From Stegostoma tigrinum (Eukaryota), in NCBI RefSeq assembly GCF_030684315.1, contig NC_081377.1, positions 24,800,001 to 24,864,000 of the forward strand: a DNA stretch of 64,000 bases, given 5' to 3'. The notes under the pieces were generated by a model, which made no database searches, was not told the DNA's origin, and saw only the letters and a list, made by a program, of their open reading frames with translations. Below are positions 39,105 through 52,544 of this stretch, in pieces. The translations under genes were made by a program, and so were the position numbers. The stretch's first letter is position 1. Every line of letters begins with the position of its first letter.

Positions 39105-39900
39105 ACATCTTGCATTTATACTGTACATTTAATGCAAGAAAATGTCCCAAGACGCTTCAAGAAGTATAATCAGACAAAATTTGACAACGAGCCAAAGAAA
39201 GAAACATTGGGGTGGGGATGGGGGGTGTGGTATGGTGAGTAAAAGCTTGGCCAAAGAAGCAGATTTAAAGCTGTATCTTGAAAAGGGGGCAACAACGGAA
39301 AGTTTAAAAGAGAAATTCCAAAACTCGGGGCTCAACAACCTGACAGCACAGCCATCGGTGATTGGAAGAATGTATGGTAGGAATGCTTCGGTCATCAGAG
39401 TTATACAATGCAAGCTCTTGGAGGTTTGAAGAGTCGAAGAAAATAACAGAGAAATCAAAGCCAGGTAGCAGTTGAAGGATAAAGATGAGGATTTCAAATT
39501 GGAGAGCATGAGGGGGCAATACGGATCAACAGAGTAACAATGGGAAGGTACACTTTTTTTTATTTATTTAAGGGATATAGGCACCACTGGTTGGGACAGC
39601 ACTTATTTCCCATCCCTAGTTGCCCAACAGAAGGTGCTGCCTTCCTGAGCCACTGCTGTGCGTGTGTTGTACATATATCCACAATGATCCTAGGAAGATA
39701 TTTTCTGGATTTTGACCCAGCAACACTGGACAAATGATTATATCTTTCCAGATCTGGACAGTGTGCACCTCAGAGGGGAAATTGCAGAGGAGTTATATTC
39801 ACAAGTTTCTGCTGCCTATTCCCAGGTTTATGCTTCCTCTGTCGTTCTAGGTGATGGTGGTCATAGGCTTGGAAGATGCTATCTACGGACCGTGGTGAGT
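39105..39900 (-). mobile_element. Old L2-like 3' end (39105-39530) and CR1/L2-group tail (39555-39900)
   Basis: Homologous to 21570-22090 and 20215-21420 respectively. Confidence 0.55.
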
Positions 39901-40049
39901 TTCCTTAGGGCAGGTCAGAATATATGCAGCAAAACCATGAAATGGGCTCTGGAAGGTGACGCCTCAGAAGCTAGCCAGGAGAAAATTGGAATAGGCGAGT
40001 TTTGTGGCAACAAAATTATGGATATGATTTTAATCGACAGATAGGCTGA

Positions 40050-40650
40050 GGCTGAGGGGTGGGCAGTCTTTGCAGTGGGAAGAATAGGAGAGAATGGATA
40101 AGCTGGAACTTTTTTCACTGGAGCATAGGAGGTTGAGGCATGACCCTGTAGAGGTTTAGAAAATCATAAGGGGCACAGGTAAGGTGAATAGCTAAAGTCT
40201 TTTCCCTAGGGTGGGGGAGTTCAAAACTAGATGGCATAATTTTAAGGTGAGGAGAGAAAGATTTGAAAGGGACCTGGGAGGCAAAATTTTCACCCAAAGA
40301 ATGGTCCAAATGTGGTGTAAACTGCCAGACGAAGTGGTAGATACAGGTATAGTTACAACATTTGGACAGGCCCACAAATAGGAAAGATTTATAGGGAACT
40401 AAATAAAAACCGAAAGAACTGCAGATGCCGTAAATCAGAAACAAAAACAAAGTTGCTGGAAAAGCTCAGCAGGTCTGGCAGCATCTGCGAAGGAGAAAAC
40501 AGAGTTAACGTTTCAGCTCCAGTGACCCCTCCTCAGAAGATTTAGAGGGATATGGGCCCACTGCAGGCAAATGGGACTAATTTAGTTTGGAAAACTTGGT
40601 TACATGGATGACTTGGACCAAAGGGCCTGTTTCTGTGCTGTATGACTCAG
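40050..40650 (+). mobile_element. CR1 3' fragment containing a family B pLTR insert (40398-40536)
   Basis: CR1 sequence continues across the insert; 14-bp TSD aagattta(t/g)aggga (40384-40397, 40537-40550). Confidence 0.88.
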
Positions 40651-40809
40651 CACAGTCATAACTTCCCTTAAGAAGATAAGGTTGAGCTACTTTCTTGAAT
40701 TACTGCAGTCGCTGGGAACTACATACACCCACAGTGCTGTTAGGTAAAGAGTTCCAGAACTTTGAGACAGCAACAATGAAGAAAAAGCAATACAGTTTCA
40801 ACTGACATC

Positions 40810-42040
40810 TTGAAAATGTAAATAGGTGGATGAGTAAGTTTGCAGACAATGCAAAGATTGGTGGAGTTGTGGATAGTGTAGAAGTTTGTCAAAAGGTTAC
40901 AGTTTAGTTGCAGATGTAGGCAGAGAAATGACAGATGGAGTTTAATCTGGGTAATTGTGAGGTGTTGACTTTGGGAAATCAAATGTAAAAGATAAGTATA
41001 CACTTAATGGTAGGACCTTGAACAGCATTGTGGTTAGAAGGACCTTGGAGTTCAAGTGCATTGCTCATTGAAAGTGGCCACACGTAGACAGGGTGGTAAA
41101 GAGGGCATGTGGCATGCTTGCCTTTATTGATTGGGGAATTGAGTACAAGAGTAAGTGATGAAGGGTCTAGGCCTGAAACATCAGCTTTTGTGCTCCTAAG
41201 ATGCTGCTTGGCCTGCTGCATTCTTCCAGCTCCACACTTTGTTATCTCGGATTCTCCAGCATCTGCAGTTCCCATTATTTCTGGCCAAGCAGCATCATAG
41301 GAGCAGGAAAGCTATGAAGGGTCTAGGCCCAAAACATCAGCTTTTGTGCTCCTAAGATGCTGCTTGGCCTTCCTGTGTTCATCCAGCTCCACACTTCGTT
41401 ATGCTGCTTTGCCTGCTGTGTTCATCCAGCTCTACACCTTGTTATCTAAGGATGTCATAGTGCAGCTTTATAAGACTTTGGTTAGGCCACACTTAGAGTA
41501 TTGCATTCAATTCTGGTCACCACATTACAGGAAGGATTTGGAGGTTTTGGAGACGTTGTAGAAGAGGTTGACCAGGATGCTGATTAGAGGGTATGAGCTA
41601 TAAGAAGAGACTAGAAAACTTTGGGTTGTTTTCTCTGGAGCAGCAGACTTAGTAGGGAGACTTGATAGATGTCTGTAAAATTATGAGATGCATGGATAGA
41701 GTTGACAATTAGAACCTTTTTCTCAGAATTGAAATATCTAAAACTAGGGTGCTTGCATTTAAGGTGAGAGGGGGAAAGTTCAAAGGAGATGTGAGGGGCA
41801 AGTTCTTCACACTGAGAGTGGTAGGAGTCTGGAATGCGCTGCTGGGATAGTGATAGAGGTAGATATGATAGAGGTGTTTAAGGGACTTTTAGATAAGCAC
41901 ATAAATAAGCAAGGAATGGAGAGATATGGACCAAGGGCAGGCAGAAGGGATTAGTTTCATTTGGCATCATGTTTGGCACAACATTGTAGGCCGAAGGGCC
42001 CATTCCTGTGTTATACTGTTCCAAGTTGTATGTTCTACGA
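40810..42040 (+). mobile_element. CR1 3' fragment containing a family A pLTR cluster (41156-41447)
   Basis: agtaagtttgcagac (SKFAD); [20 protein letters not shown]; the CR1 reads gagtacaagagtaag|gatgtcat across the insert. Confidence 0.9.
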
Positions 42041-42854
42041 TGAGATTGGAGCTTCCTGGACCAATTTCACCCCTGCATCTATATTCTGTAAGCCTCTCAT
42101 CAAATCTACTAAATGAACTTTAGTCAAAATAAGAGCCAATTTCTGTTTTCATGTAGCTCATTGGCAGCTATTTGTTTTGAACTGGGTCATGTTCATTTCC
42201 TGTAACCATTGCCTCTTTTTTGCCTTAATAGCTGGTTTTATTTGGATGCTTTTCTTCTCTGAATCTAATTTAATTCTTGCTGAGGAACTTCTGTCTTTTG
42301 TAGCAAACCAACTTGCCATCAACTAGGTTTATCCCCACTAGTTTTATTGGATCTTCTGTTCCTAGATTCCGGTATGATGGGTTCTTCCGAAAGAATTTTC
42401 CTCCCATTGTCATCAAGGTCTATGGGTCTCAACTTACCATTTGTTCAATGTCTACAAGTACATTTATGAAACTCTCTCTTCACATTTCCACCTTTGAAGT
42501 CTATTTGTAAGTTCCAACCTCACAATGCCATTGTTAAAATTAAAGTTTATAACATGAGACTCATCATCTTTTTAACTCAATCTCTGGCAACATCTCAAAA
42601 TTGTGGAACTGCTTACTTCATTTCAACCTATGTTCTTTCAGAGTTTATAATTAAAATAACCAACTCCCCAATTCCTGATGTATTTGAGACATTTTTTTCC
42701 CTTCTTACTGGTGTTCTTCACCGAGATTTGGCCAATCATCAATGCTGTTTTAAAAAAATTGCATTATTGTGTGAATTTTCTGAAGGTAAGTACAACTTTT
42801 CATCATTAGAAGAATCAGCTAGTGATCAAGTTGCATTCACTAATTTTTTTGTGT

Positions 42855-44652
42855 AGATAGCTATTTAAGGAATAAAAGAATGACGAAAGTAAGATTAGGC
42901 CCAATCATGGATAGTAGTGGTAAGTTGTGTGTGGAGTCAGATGAGATAGGGGAAGTGCTAAATGAATATTTTTCAACAGTATTCACTCTAGAAAACGACA
43001 ATGTTGTCAAGGGGAACACTGAGAAACAGGCTACTAGACTAGGTGGGATTGAGGTTCACAAGGAAGAGGTATTAGAAATCCTTCAGAGGGTGAAGATAGA
43101 TAAGTCCCCTGGGCTGGATGGGATTTATCCTCGGATCCTCTGGGAAGCCAGGGAGGAGATTGCCGAGCCTTTGGCATTGACCTTTAACTCATCATTGTCT
43201 ACAGGAATAGTGCCAAATGACTGGAGGATAGCAAATGTGGTTCCCCTGTTCAAGAAGGGGAGTAGAGTCAACCCTGGTAATTATAGACCAATGAGCCTTA
43301 CCTCAGTTGTTGGTAAAGTGTTGGAAAAGGTTATAAGGGATAGGATTTATAATCATCTAGAAAAGAATAAATTGATTAGGGATAGTCAGCATGGTTTTGT
43401 GAAGGGAAGGTCGTGCCTCACAAACCTTATTCAGGTCTTTGAGAAGGTGACCAAACAGGTAGATGAGAGTAAACCGGTTGATGTGGTGTATATGGATTTC
43501 AGCAAGGCGTTCGATAAGGTTCCCCACAGTAGGCTAATGTACAAAATGCGGAGGAATGGGATTGTGGGAGATATAGCAATTTGGATCGGAAATTGGCTTG
43601 CTGAAAGAAGGCAGAGGGTGGTAGTTGATGGGAAACGTTCATCCTGGAGACCAGTTACTAGTGGTGTACTGCAAGGGTCGGTGTTGGGTCCACTGCTGTT
43701 TGTCATTTTTATAAGTGACCTGGATGAGGGCGTAGAAGGATGGGTTAGTAAATTTGCAGACGACACTAAGGTCGGTGGAGTTGTGGATAGTGATGAAGGA
43801 TGCTGTAGGTTGCAGAGAGACATAGATAAGCTGCCGAGCTGGCCTGAGAGGTGGCAAATGGAGTTTAATGCGGACAAGTGTGAGGTGATGCACTTTGGTA
43901 GGAGTAACCGGAAGGCAAAGTACTGGGCTAATGGTAAGATTCTTGATAGTGTAGATGAGCAGAGAGATCTCGGTGTGCATGTACACAGATCCTTGAAAGT
44001 TGCCACCCAGGTTGACAGGGCTGTTAAGAAGGCATAACGTGTTTAAGTTTTTATTAATAGTGGGATCGAGTTTCGGAACCAAGAGGTTATAGTGAAGCTG
44101 TACAAAACTCTGGTGCGGCCGCACTTGGAGTATTGTGTACAGTTCTGGTCACCGCATTATAAGAAGGATATGGAAGCTTTGGAAAGGGTGCAGAGGAGAT
44201 TTACTAGGATGTGGCCTGGTAAGGAGGGAAGGTCTTATGAGGAAAGGCTGAGGGACTTGAGGCAGTTTCATTAGAGAGAAGAAGGTTGAGCGGTGACTTA
44301 ATTGAAACATATAAATAATCAGAGGGTTAGATAGGGTGGATAGGGAGAGCCTTTTTCCTAGGATGGTGACGGCGAGCACGAGGGGGCATAGCTTTAAATT
44401 GCAGCGTGAAAGATATAGGACAGATGTCAGAGGTAGTTTCTTTACTCAGAGTAGTAAGGGAACGGAACGCTTTGCCTGCAACGGTAGTAGATTCGCCAAC
44501 TTTAGGTACATTTAAGTCGTCATTGGACAAGCATATGGACGTACATGGAATAGTGTAGGTTAGATGGGCTTGAGATCGGTATGACAGGTCGGCACAACAT
44601 CGAGGGCCGAAGGGCCTGTACTGTGCTGTAATGTTCTATGTTCTATGCTCTA
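42855..44652 (+). mobile_element. Young 5'-truncated CR1 LINE with a 385-aa open RT segment
   Basis: ORF 42880-44037: NYRPMSLTSVVGKVLEK, YMDFSKAFDKVPH, GVLQGSVLGPLLF, SKFADDT; premature TAA; 3' tail (atgttct)n. Confidence 0.97.
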
Positions 44653-44691
44653 TATTTCTTAAATTAACCTGTTCAGAGATGTTATGATGCA

Positions 44692-44810
44692 CAAAAACAA
44701 AATTGCTGGAAAAGCTCAGCAGGTCTGGTAGAAACTGTGAAGGAATAAACAGAGTTAACGTTTTGGGTCCGGTGACCCCTCCTCAGAAGAGCATCTGCAG
44801 TTCTTTTATT
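44692..44810 (-). mobile_element. Family B pLTR insert within a short tRNA-SINE remnant (44655-44875)
   Basis: 12-bp TSD tgtt(a/g)tgatgca (44680-44691, 44811-44822). Confidence 0.85.
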
Positions 44811-45808
44811 TGTTGTGATGCATCACTGGTGCAGGAGACTTGACTGGCCCAGAGGTAGGGACATTATCACTGCAATTGGTGTACTAGCACTAGTCAAAAA
44901 ATATGGCCATCTCATTCAGGAAACATCTCATTCAGGAAACAGCTCCATTCAATTTTCTCATGCATAGTTTGTAATTTCAGGCAAACGATCAGAAGCTATC
45001 ATAAGACATTACTTTTTCTGTCTCTGAATTATGTAGCTATCATGCATCAGTGTAAATGACCAGTTAGCTTTGTTTTTCCAAAATTTCCAAATAGTTATTT
45101 TCTGATGTCAACATATTATATAATTCTAATTCTGTGCTGTTATAAAAGATTTGTAGAAACAGAAAGAGGCTTGAGCATGCTGAAATTTTATATTTCAAGC
45201 GATTTGCACAGTTTTGCACAGCTCTGGATGCGGAGGATGCTTCGATGGGAAATTCGCATTTAAAGAATTGGTATCTAAATGGTTACATGTTTGTGCTTTC
45301 AGAGTAAAAGGCGTCTGGTACCTCTGGAGACAATGTAGCCACATACTAGTCAAACTTCTACCTCTAACAGGCTTTGACTCTTCTCCAGATATATATAAAA
45401 GACATTTTTAATGAACTGAAATGCCCGTGTTCTAAGAGCACTTACGAGTCTGTGTGTGGTAGTAACTCCTTCTTAATTTTACTTCCTTTGCAATTGTTTA
45501 TGACTGTTGCTGATTCTGAGTTAGGTAGTTGTTTCAGTCTGAATACATCTGAGACTGTAGGTTTTCCATGCATAGGAGAATATTTTTCATTGTAACTCTC
45601 ATAAGAAATAATAAAATAGAATTCAGTAAAGGAAATATCCATTAAAAGCTCCTCAGCAAAAGTTAATTAAGCTGTTTTTCAGTTTGCTTAAAGTAACAAT
45701 TCACGCATCCCAAACAGCTCGGTAAATAGAGTGTATTGCCTGGTGTTGTCCTGAACTATTCAGATAAGATAGGCTCATATCTATATTTCAAACATTTTTA
45801 GATAGCTA

Positions 45809-46182
45809 ATCATAGAATCTTTAGAGTGCAGAAAGAAACTATTCGGCCCCCTGAGTCTGCACTGACACTCCAAAAAGCATCCCATCCAGAAACAGTATAT
45901 CCTACCCTACCCAATCCCCATAGCACACACCCTCCACACCCCACCCTTTACCACAGCCAATCCAACTAACCTGTGCACTTTGAGACAATTTACCATAGCT
46001 AATCCAACTAATCTGCAAATTTTTCAACCGGTTGAAGAAACAGGAGCAGCTGGTGGAAACCTGTGCAGAAATGGGGAGAACATGCAAGCTCCACGAAGAC
46101 AGTAACCCCCCCCAAGGCTGGAATCAAACCCAGGTCCCTGGTGCTGTAAAGCAGCTGAGCTAACCACTGAGCCACTGTGCCA
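45809..46182 (-). mobile_element. HE1-type SINE
   Basis: tRNA head ggcacagtggctcagtggttagc on the minus strand; CR1-like tail. Confidence 0.85.
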
Positions 46183-48311
46183 CATCATAATCAGATTTAC
46201 ATGTCTGATGGTGGCCTAGAGCAAGTGAGACAAAATAAAATTGCTTATGGTTCAGCTCTTGTTCCCAATTTTCATCCACTGACCCCTCCTAAAAAAATAT
46301 ATATACATATGATAACAGAACTGGAAGAAGTTTCAATGTCTCTTGGCATCAAATAGACCGCCATTATACAAATGGGAAGCCACTTTGTGTAAAGTATACT
46401 GGTATCCAACATCCTAGCACAGGTCAAGCTTTTCAGATTTAAATTAACTTCATTCAAAGATCTTTACTTAGCTTTTAACTAAAGAATTTTTCAAAGTAAT
46501 AAAATCTTTGGTGGAAATAAATTGAGTATTTGTTGATGATACTAGGAAGAGGGCAAGAAAGCATTTGTTTTGCAGCACTTCAGAATTGGAAAGTAACACA
46601 TCTCTGTCTAATTGGTGAATGGAACTTTTAATTCCTTAATACAAACCAGACACAGAGGTGCCTATCTTGTTGCTCATCACTTAGCATTCTGTTATGTCGT
46701 AACACGAAGTTTTCAGAAAGTTGCTTTTGTTTGCTCTTTTTTTCTGATCCTCACAGCAGGACAACCAGAGTAATAACAAGTAACAGTGAAGTAATGTAAA
46801 TGAGACTTTAGAAATCAGAGCAAGTTTAACTGGTTGCCATTCCCTTTGGTTTATGAGCGACTCTGTTATTTAATCTTTATCTTCTACTGAATCAGAGGCT
46901 GCGTTTGTTCTTTTCTTCCTCCAAGCCGCCACCTTCATTTGTTTCAAACCTATTACAGTTGTAATTTTTTCCAACTCTGAGAGAAGATTAGCTGAATTGT
47001 TAACTCTGTTCCATTCTCCACAGATAGTGCCCAGGCCTGCTGGATGTTCCCAGCATTTTCTGTCTTTTATTTTATAGCTGGAGTGTAGATGGTGAAAAGT
47101 TTGGTAGAAGGGTTCTGAAGTTAGAAAATGGAACCTACAGTTTATGAAAGTACGATAAGTTAGAAATGTAATTACATTGTTTAAATTATGAAAATTATAG
47201 CATATTGGTGAAGTACTTTATCTTTTTGGCGGAGGCAAAGGAAAAGGTGGGTAACTGATGCCATTTCCAGTAAATTATATATGACAATAAAGAGGAAAGC
47301 ATTCAAGGGCTTGTTCTCTGCTCACAGGAGGTGAGCCTTGTTTCTTAGGCACTCCATAGGAAATGATTTCAAGCTAGCCAAAATGGAGAAAGCCAAAGTG
47401 AAATGTTATAAATTATTGTTTATCAGCCCGCATCTTAAAATGTACCAAACATCTAATGTGTATGTATGTGATAATGTGCATGTTCTGAATGCAAGCAAGC
47501 ATTAATCTCAAGAATACTCAAAGTTAGAATATGGCAACATTGCTTCCTCCTCCATTAAAAGTTGTAAATTACATGGTTTAATAACCCGACACAGAGAATG
47601 CAAAATCTATTAAATCACTTAGGAAGGAAATAGGCAAGGGTCTGATAAAAAAAAGAGATTTAGAGTTTATTGGAACGAAATCTGGAATAAAGATCTAGAA
47701 TGCAGATCTTGTAACCCGGAAAAGAAATGATTTTGTGAGTCTCCATTCTCCTGTCTGTTCATGTGTCCAATCTTGAATTATTTACATGAATGCATTATTT
47801 AACGGCTGAGTTCATCCTTTCCTAATTACAAAAGATCATTATTATATATTGCTTTAAACTCTAATATTATGTTAAAAAGCATTGATAAATTTGACTTTAA
47901 ATGTTCCTAAAATTCAGTATTTTGTAATTTCCAGTAACTCTCTTCTCCTTTGGAAAAATGCAGTAATTAGCATTTGCTTATTTAATGCAATCTCAGTATT
48001 ATAAAAAATACTCTGTCAGGTTTAAAGGAGATTCAAAGCCTAATGAACCAAATCAAGACCTGGATCCCTGCAGGGTGACAGTCATGAGATCATTGTAGAT
48101 TCCTGCTCCAGATATGCAGTGTGTGGCATCCATTGAGATACTCAGCTGCAGCACTGTACAGCTGAGAAGACACAGATGGCCCATTTTACAGTACTATACA
48201 GAAGCTGCTCTGTGGTACATTTAGACGTTCAGTTTGAGTGTTGTCGTGAATGGGTGAGTGAGTGAATGTGCAGGGCAGTAGGGTGGGCAGGGCATAGAGT
48301 GGATGAGATTA

Positions 48312-48875
48312 CTTTATTCATTCATGGGAGGTGAGTACCAATGGCTAGGCCAGCATTTGTTGTCCATCCTGAAATTTCCTGGGGGCAGTTAAGAGTTAAT
48401 TGTGATGCTGTGGGTTTGGAGTCACATGTAGACCAGACCAGGTAAGGAAAGCAGTTTCATTCCCTCATGGAACTGGATAGGTTTTTAAGATAATCAACAA
48501 TGGTTTCATGGTCATCATTAGACCCTGGATTCCAGATTTATTTTATTGAATTCAAATCCCACTAACTACCATGGAGGGTTTTGAACCCAGGACCCCAGAA
48601 TATTAACACAGTATAGCGCTGGATGAACACAGCTGGCCAGGCAGCATCAGAGGAGCAGGAATGCTGACATTTTGGGTTGGGAAGCTTCTTCAGAAATAGC
48701 CCATTTCACTTCAAGGGTCCTGACCCGAAAAGTCAGCTTTCCTCCTCCTCTGATGCTGCCTGCCCTGCTGTGTTCCTCTAGCTCCACACTGTGTTATCTC
48801 TGACTCCAACATTGGCAGTTCTTACTATCTCCCCAGAATGCTACCTGGGCCTCTGGATTAATAGTCAGCAATAGT
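48312..48875 (-). mobile_element. tRNA-derived SINE of a second family, carrying a Penelope inverted pLTR insert (48602-48830)
   Basis: B box gggttcaaaaccc and tail aaatgctggcctagcc..cccatgaatgaataaa on the minus strand; insert TSD ccccagaat (48593-48601, 48831-48839). Confidence 0.82.
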
Positions 48876-49754
48876 ACATTTTATACAGTTCCAGCATAAC
48901 CTCCCTGCTCTTAAACACTGTGCCTCGGCTAAGAAACACAATTTTCCCAAATGCCATCTTAAGTATTTTATCTACTTGTCCCACTACTGTGGTTCCTCTG
49001 ATCTTCAGTGGTTCCCAGGCTCCTACCATTCATTATGACCCAGAAAATAAAGGCAACTTTCCCATATGCCTTGTTCAGGTCATCATCTTTCACAGTGTAG
49101 GTAGGTTGATAAATTGGTGAAATGGAAAAGCAGGTAGGAGAAAAAGTGGGTGAAGTGGTCAGGGGTCAGGGGCTAGTCAGGTGGTAGGTAGTAATGTGGT
49201 CAGGAGGGTCATTGGTTTGGATCAGTGGCTAATTTGGCATGTGGTCAGGTGAGTAGCAAGGTGTCAGGGACAGGTCAAGTGGAAATTTGCTGATGTTGGC
49301 TAAGATAATGAGGGGATTGAAAGAGGTAGTTGGGTGGAGAAGTTGGTGTCTGAATAAGATAGTTGGGGGTTGAAGGGATTAGCTGGGCTATCAGTGTGGG
49401 TAATTGATGGAGCAACGTGTAGTTACCAGGCATTAAACAAGGTTTTCTCCATTCAACACTTCCTGGGAAACTGTCTAGGTATTTACATCAGAACTGTCCA
49501 TAGTGTCCACCACCAAGACAGGGTGCAACAGAGTGAGGAGTAGGAAATTTGTTTATTGAAATTTCAAACATCTTGGGTAATCCCCACAGAGGCCAGCATA
49601 TTGTGGGATCCTAATGTTCATCTTGGGTTGTATATCCACCATGACCTTAAATATTCAAAAGGGGAAATGACTATGTTTAGGAGGAAAGTACAGAACAGCA
49701 TGTAAAAATGTTAACATTTGGACATACATAGTCTTCAAGTATAGGACAGAGAAT

Positions 49755-50870
49755 TTTATAGAGGTCTACAATACATAAAAGTGCTCTTTTGCCCCATTGA
49801 GTATATGTTCATCAAAAATAATCTCTGAACCCTTGTAAGCTATGGCATTTTTAAGCAAATGTACACATAAATACATATAAATACTGCTCTTATAGGTAGT
49901 GAGTTCTAGTTTCTCACCAGCCTCTGAGTGTAAACATTTTCCTCACATTCTCTCAAAATCTCATACACCTTGCCTTAATTCTATGCCCAATAGTACTGAT
50001 TCGTCTATCATGGAGAAAAGTTCCTTCCTGTCTTCCGTGCCAATGCCATTCATAATTTGATACATCTCAATCATGTACCCCCTCAGATTCCTCAGCTTTA
50101 CAGAAAACAACCCCATTCTATCCAATCTCTCTTCATAACTAAACCTGTCCAATCCAGACAACATCTTTGGTAAATCTCCTTTGCACCCTCTCAATCACAT
50201 CTCATCCCTCATATAATGTGGATTCCAGAACTGCTCATGATAATACGGCTGTGAAGTAACCAGTATTTTATACAGTTCCAGTATAACCTCCCTGCTCTTA
50301 AACTCAGTGCCTTGGCTAAAAAAAACATAATTTTCCCATATGCCTTCTTAACTATTCTATCTACTTGTCCCACTACTGAGGTCCCTCTGATCTTCAGTGG
50401 TTCCCAGGGTCCTACCATACACTATGTACTTCCTTGCCTTATTTGTCTGACACAAGTGCATGACTTCACACTTATCCAGATAGAATTCCATCTGTCGCTG
50501 ATCACCCATGTGACCAGCAGCCGATCTATGTAATCAATGGCTGTCCTCCTCACCCCAACAATTTTCGTATTATCTGCAAACTTACTGATCAATCCTCCTC
50601 AGTTCAAGACTGAATCCTTTATATATATCACATACAGCACTGATCCTTGTGGAATCCTACTGGACACAAGTTCCCAGTCACAAAACATACCTAAACCATC
50701 ATCCTCTGGTTCCTACCAACTCTGGAATCAATTATCCAAATTTCCTAACTTTCCATTGGCTCTTACCATTTGTCTTTATCTGTCCGCATGAGTCTCACCA
50801 CTTTTACTGCATTAGAAATTTCTCTGAAGAATCTAAATCTAGTTCATCAACTTTATCATATATTAACCTT
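49755..50870 (-). mobile_element. Old CR1 fragment
   Basis: Minus ORFs: FSYEERLDRMGLFSVKLRNLRG, QVDRIVKKAYG. Confidence 0.85.
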
Positions 50871-51443
50871 TAACACATCTGTAAAGTGCTCAGACTCTTT
50901 GTTCTGCTAAAGGAAATGGATAAATAAATGAAAGCCATGCTGGTTCACAAAAGAGGCTCTCACTGACTTAATCTGCATGTAATTCTGATCATTCTGCATG
51001 TTCTTTTTTTAGTGCTGGTATTTCACATAGAAAAAATGGTAATGTCACTCAAAGATAGTTTCATCCATAACAGAACAAAATGCATGACAGGAAAAAAATA
51101 TCATTAGAAAGATTGTGAACCACAACTGGAATCATCATCCTATTAAGGAGTAAAATGGTTGGACTTACAGCACTCAACTTGTTGCATCTATGGCAAAAGG
51201 AGACATAGATCCTGTCTCATGGTTTACTGAGCAGACTGTCAGAATTATTTGGCAGAGTGCCGCAAGATTAGAACTTGCATTTTTTAATTTCAAAATATAT
51301 TTTATTCATTAAAAAATCTTCATACATATGCATAGTCATAAACGCTCTGTACAGTGGCATATCGAGGAAACAAGTATTAGAGTTTATCTCTATCCAAACA
51401 AACTACAGGCATCTCTTACTTGAAACACATTATATTTATTTTG

Positions 51444-51753
51444 TTAGATTAGATTCCCTACAGTATGGAAACAGGCCCTTCGGCCCAACAAGTCCAGACT
51501 GCCCCTTGAAGCATCCCACCCAGACCCAGCCCCCCATAACCCACACGCCCCTAAACACTACGGGCAACTTAGCATGGCCGATCCACCCAGCCCGCACATC
51601 TTTGGACTGTGGGAGGAAACCAGAGCACCCTGAGGAAACCCATGCAGACATGGGGAAAGTGTGCAAACTCTGCAGTTGCCCAAGGCTGGAATCGAAACCA
51701 GGTCCCTGGCGCTGTGAGGCTGCAGTGCTAACCACTGAGCCACCGTGCCGCCC
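51444..51753 (-). mobile_element. HE1-type SINE, young, same subfamily as 2109-2424
   Basis: Intact A and B boxes; (tctaa)n tail. Sits inside a possible LINE 3' UTR (51278-51840) ending aataaa..poly(A) on the minus strand. Confidence 0.92.
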
Positions 51754-52544
51754 TAAATGCATTTTAGGCATGAGGATGATCCAAAACTGAACAGAACACC
51801 TTTTAACTTCTGCAGGAAGACCTCCCATCGCCAGAACGTACAAACAATCACCAAAATGTAGCTCGGCAGATGGTGAGCAAGACCTTCACATCAGATCTTT
51901 CCTAAGTGCCCAGTGAATCACCTCTTCCACACAATGTCCTCAAAGAACTATGGATGTAGATGAGATCCTGAGGTCCTTCTTACTAAGAGTCTTCAGCCAT
52001 GACACTCCTTTATTTACATATTGTTATGGCTGAGGTTAGAGGAGTGTACATATTTTCCAGTCGCCCTATTCCACATGTGACAACATACAACAGAAATTAG
52101 TTTCCACCGTTACCATAACATCTAATGAAATACCTAATCTATGATAAGTGTTATATAAAAGATCTATCATGCAGACTTCTTTAATAAGCTCAGAAGCAAT
52201 TTTGATTCCTGATCTAAGGATACCTTGTAGAACCTATGTTAGCATCCAGTTTTGTGTAAAACTTGTTTGTTACCAATTTCGTCCAACTATAGCCAACAGA
52301 TGAAATGGGATGGATTTCCATTTGTCTAAGTCACCATCATGACATGCATGAATTTCATTATACCACAGGAGGTGACAAAATCTAAATTGGGAAACAATTA
52401 TCACGTGAGCTACACTTTATGTAAAAGCATAGTTGTTATTCATGGCAATGTAACAACCAAGTCAGCAGAATGGGCACATGTTCACCTTCTTTTGAAGCCT
52501 GGTTTGCACCAAAGTAAGAAGATTTTACATACATTAGACTAAAA

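Noticed and set aside
42130-42856. ORFs 42313-42510 and 42494-42856, or a minus-strand pseudogene
   Set aside because: No recognisable domain on either strand; multiple stops on the minus strand.
43431-44124. Long antisense ORFs (191 and 161 aa), and similar ones at 4389-5554 and 58063-59539
   Set aside because: Shadows of CR1 or Penelope coding sequence on the opposite strand.
44908-44941. 16-bp direct duplication catctcattcaggaaa
   Set aside because: A simple slippage duplication with no associated element.
51275-51843. 171-aa and 135-aa ORFs
   Set aside because: They span an HE1 SINE; the same peptides recur at other SINE copies.
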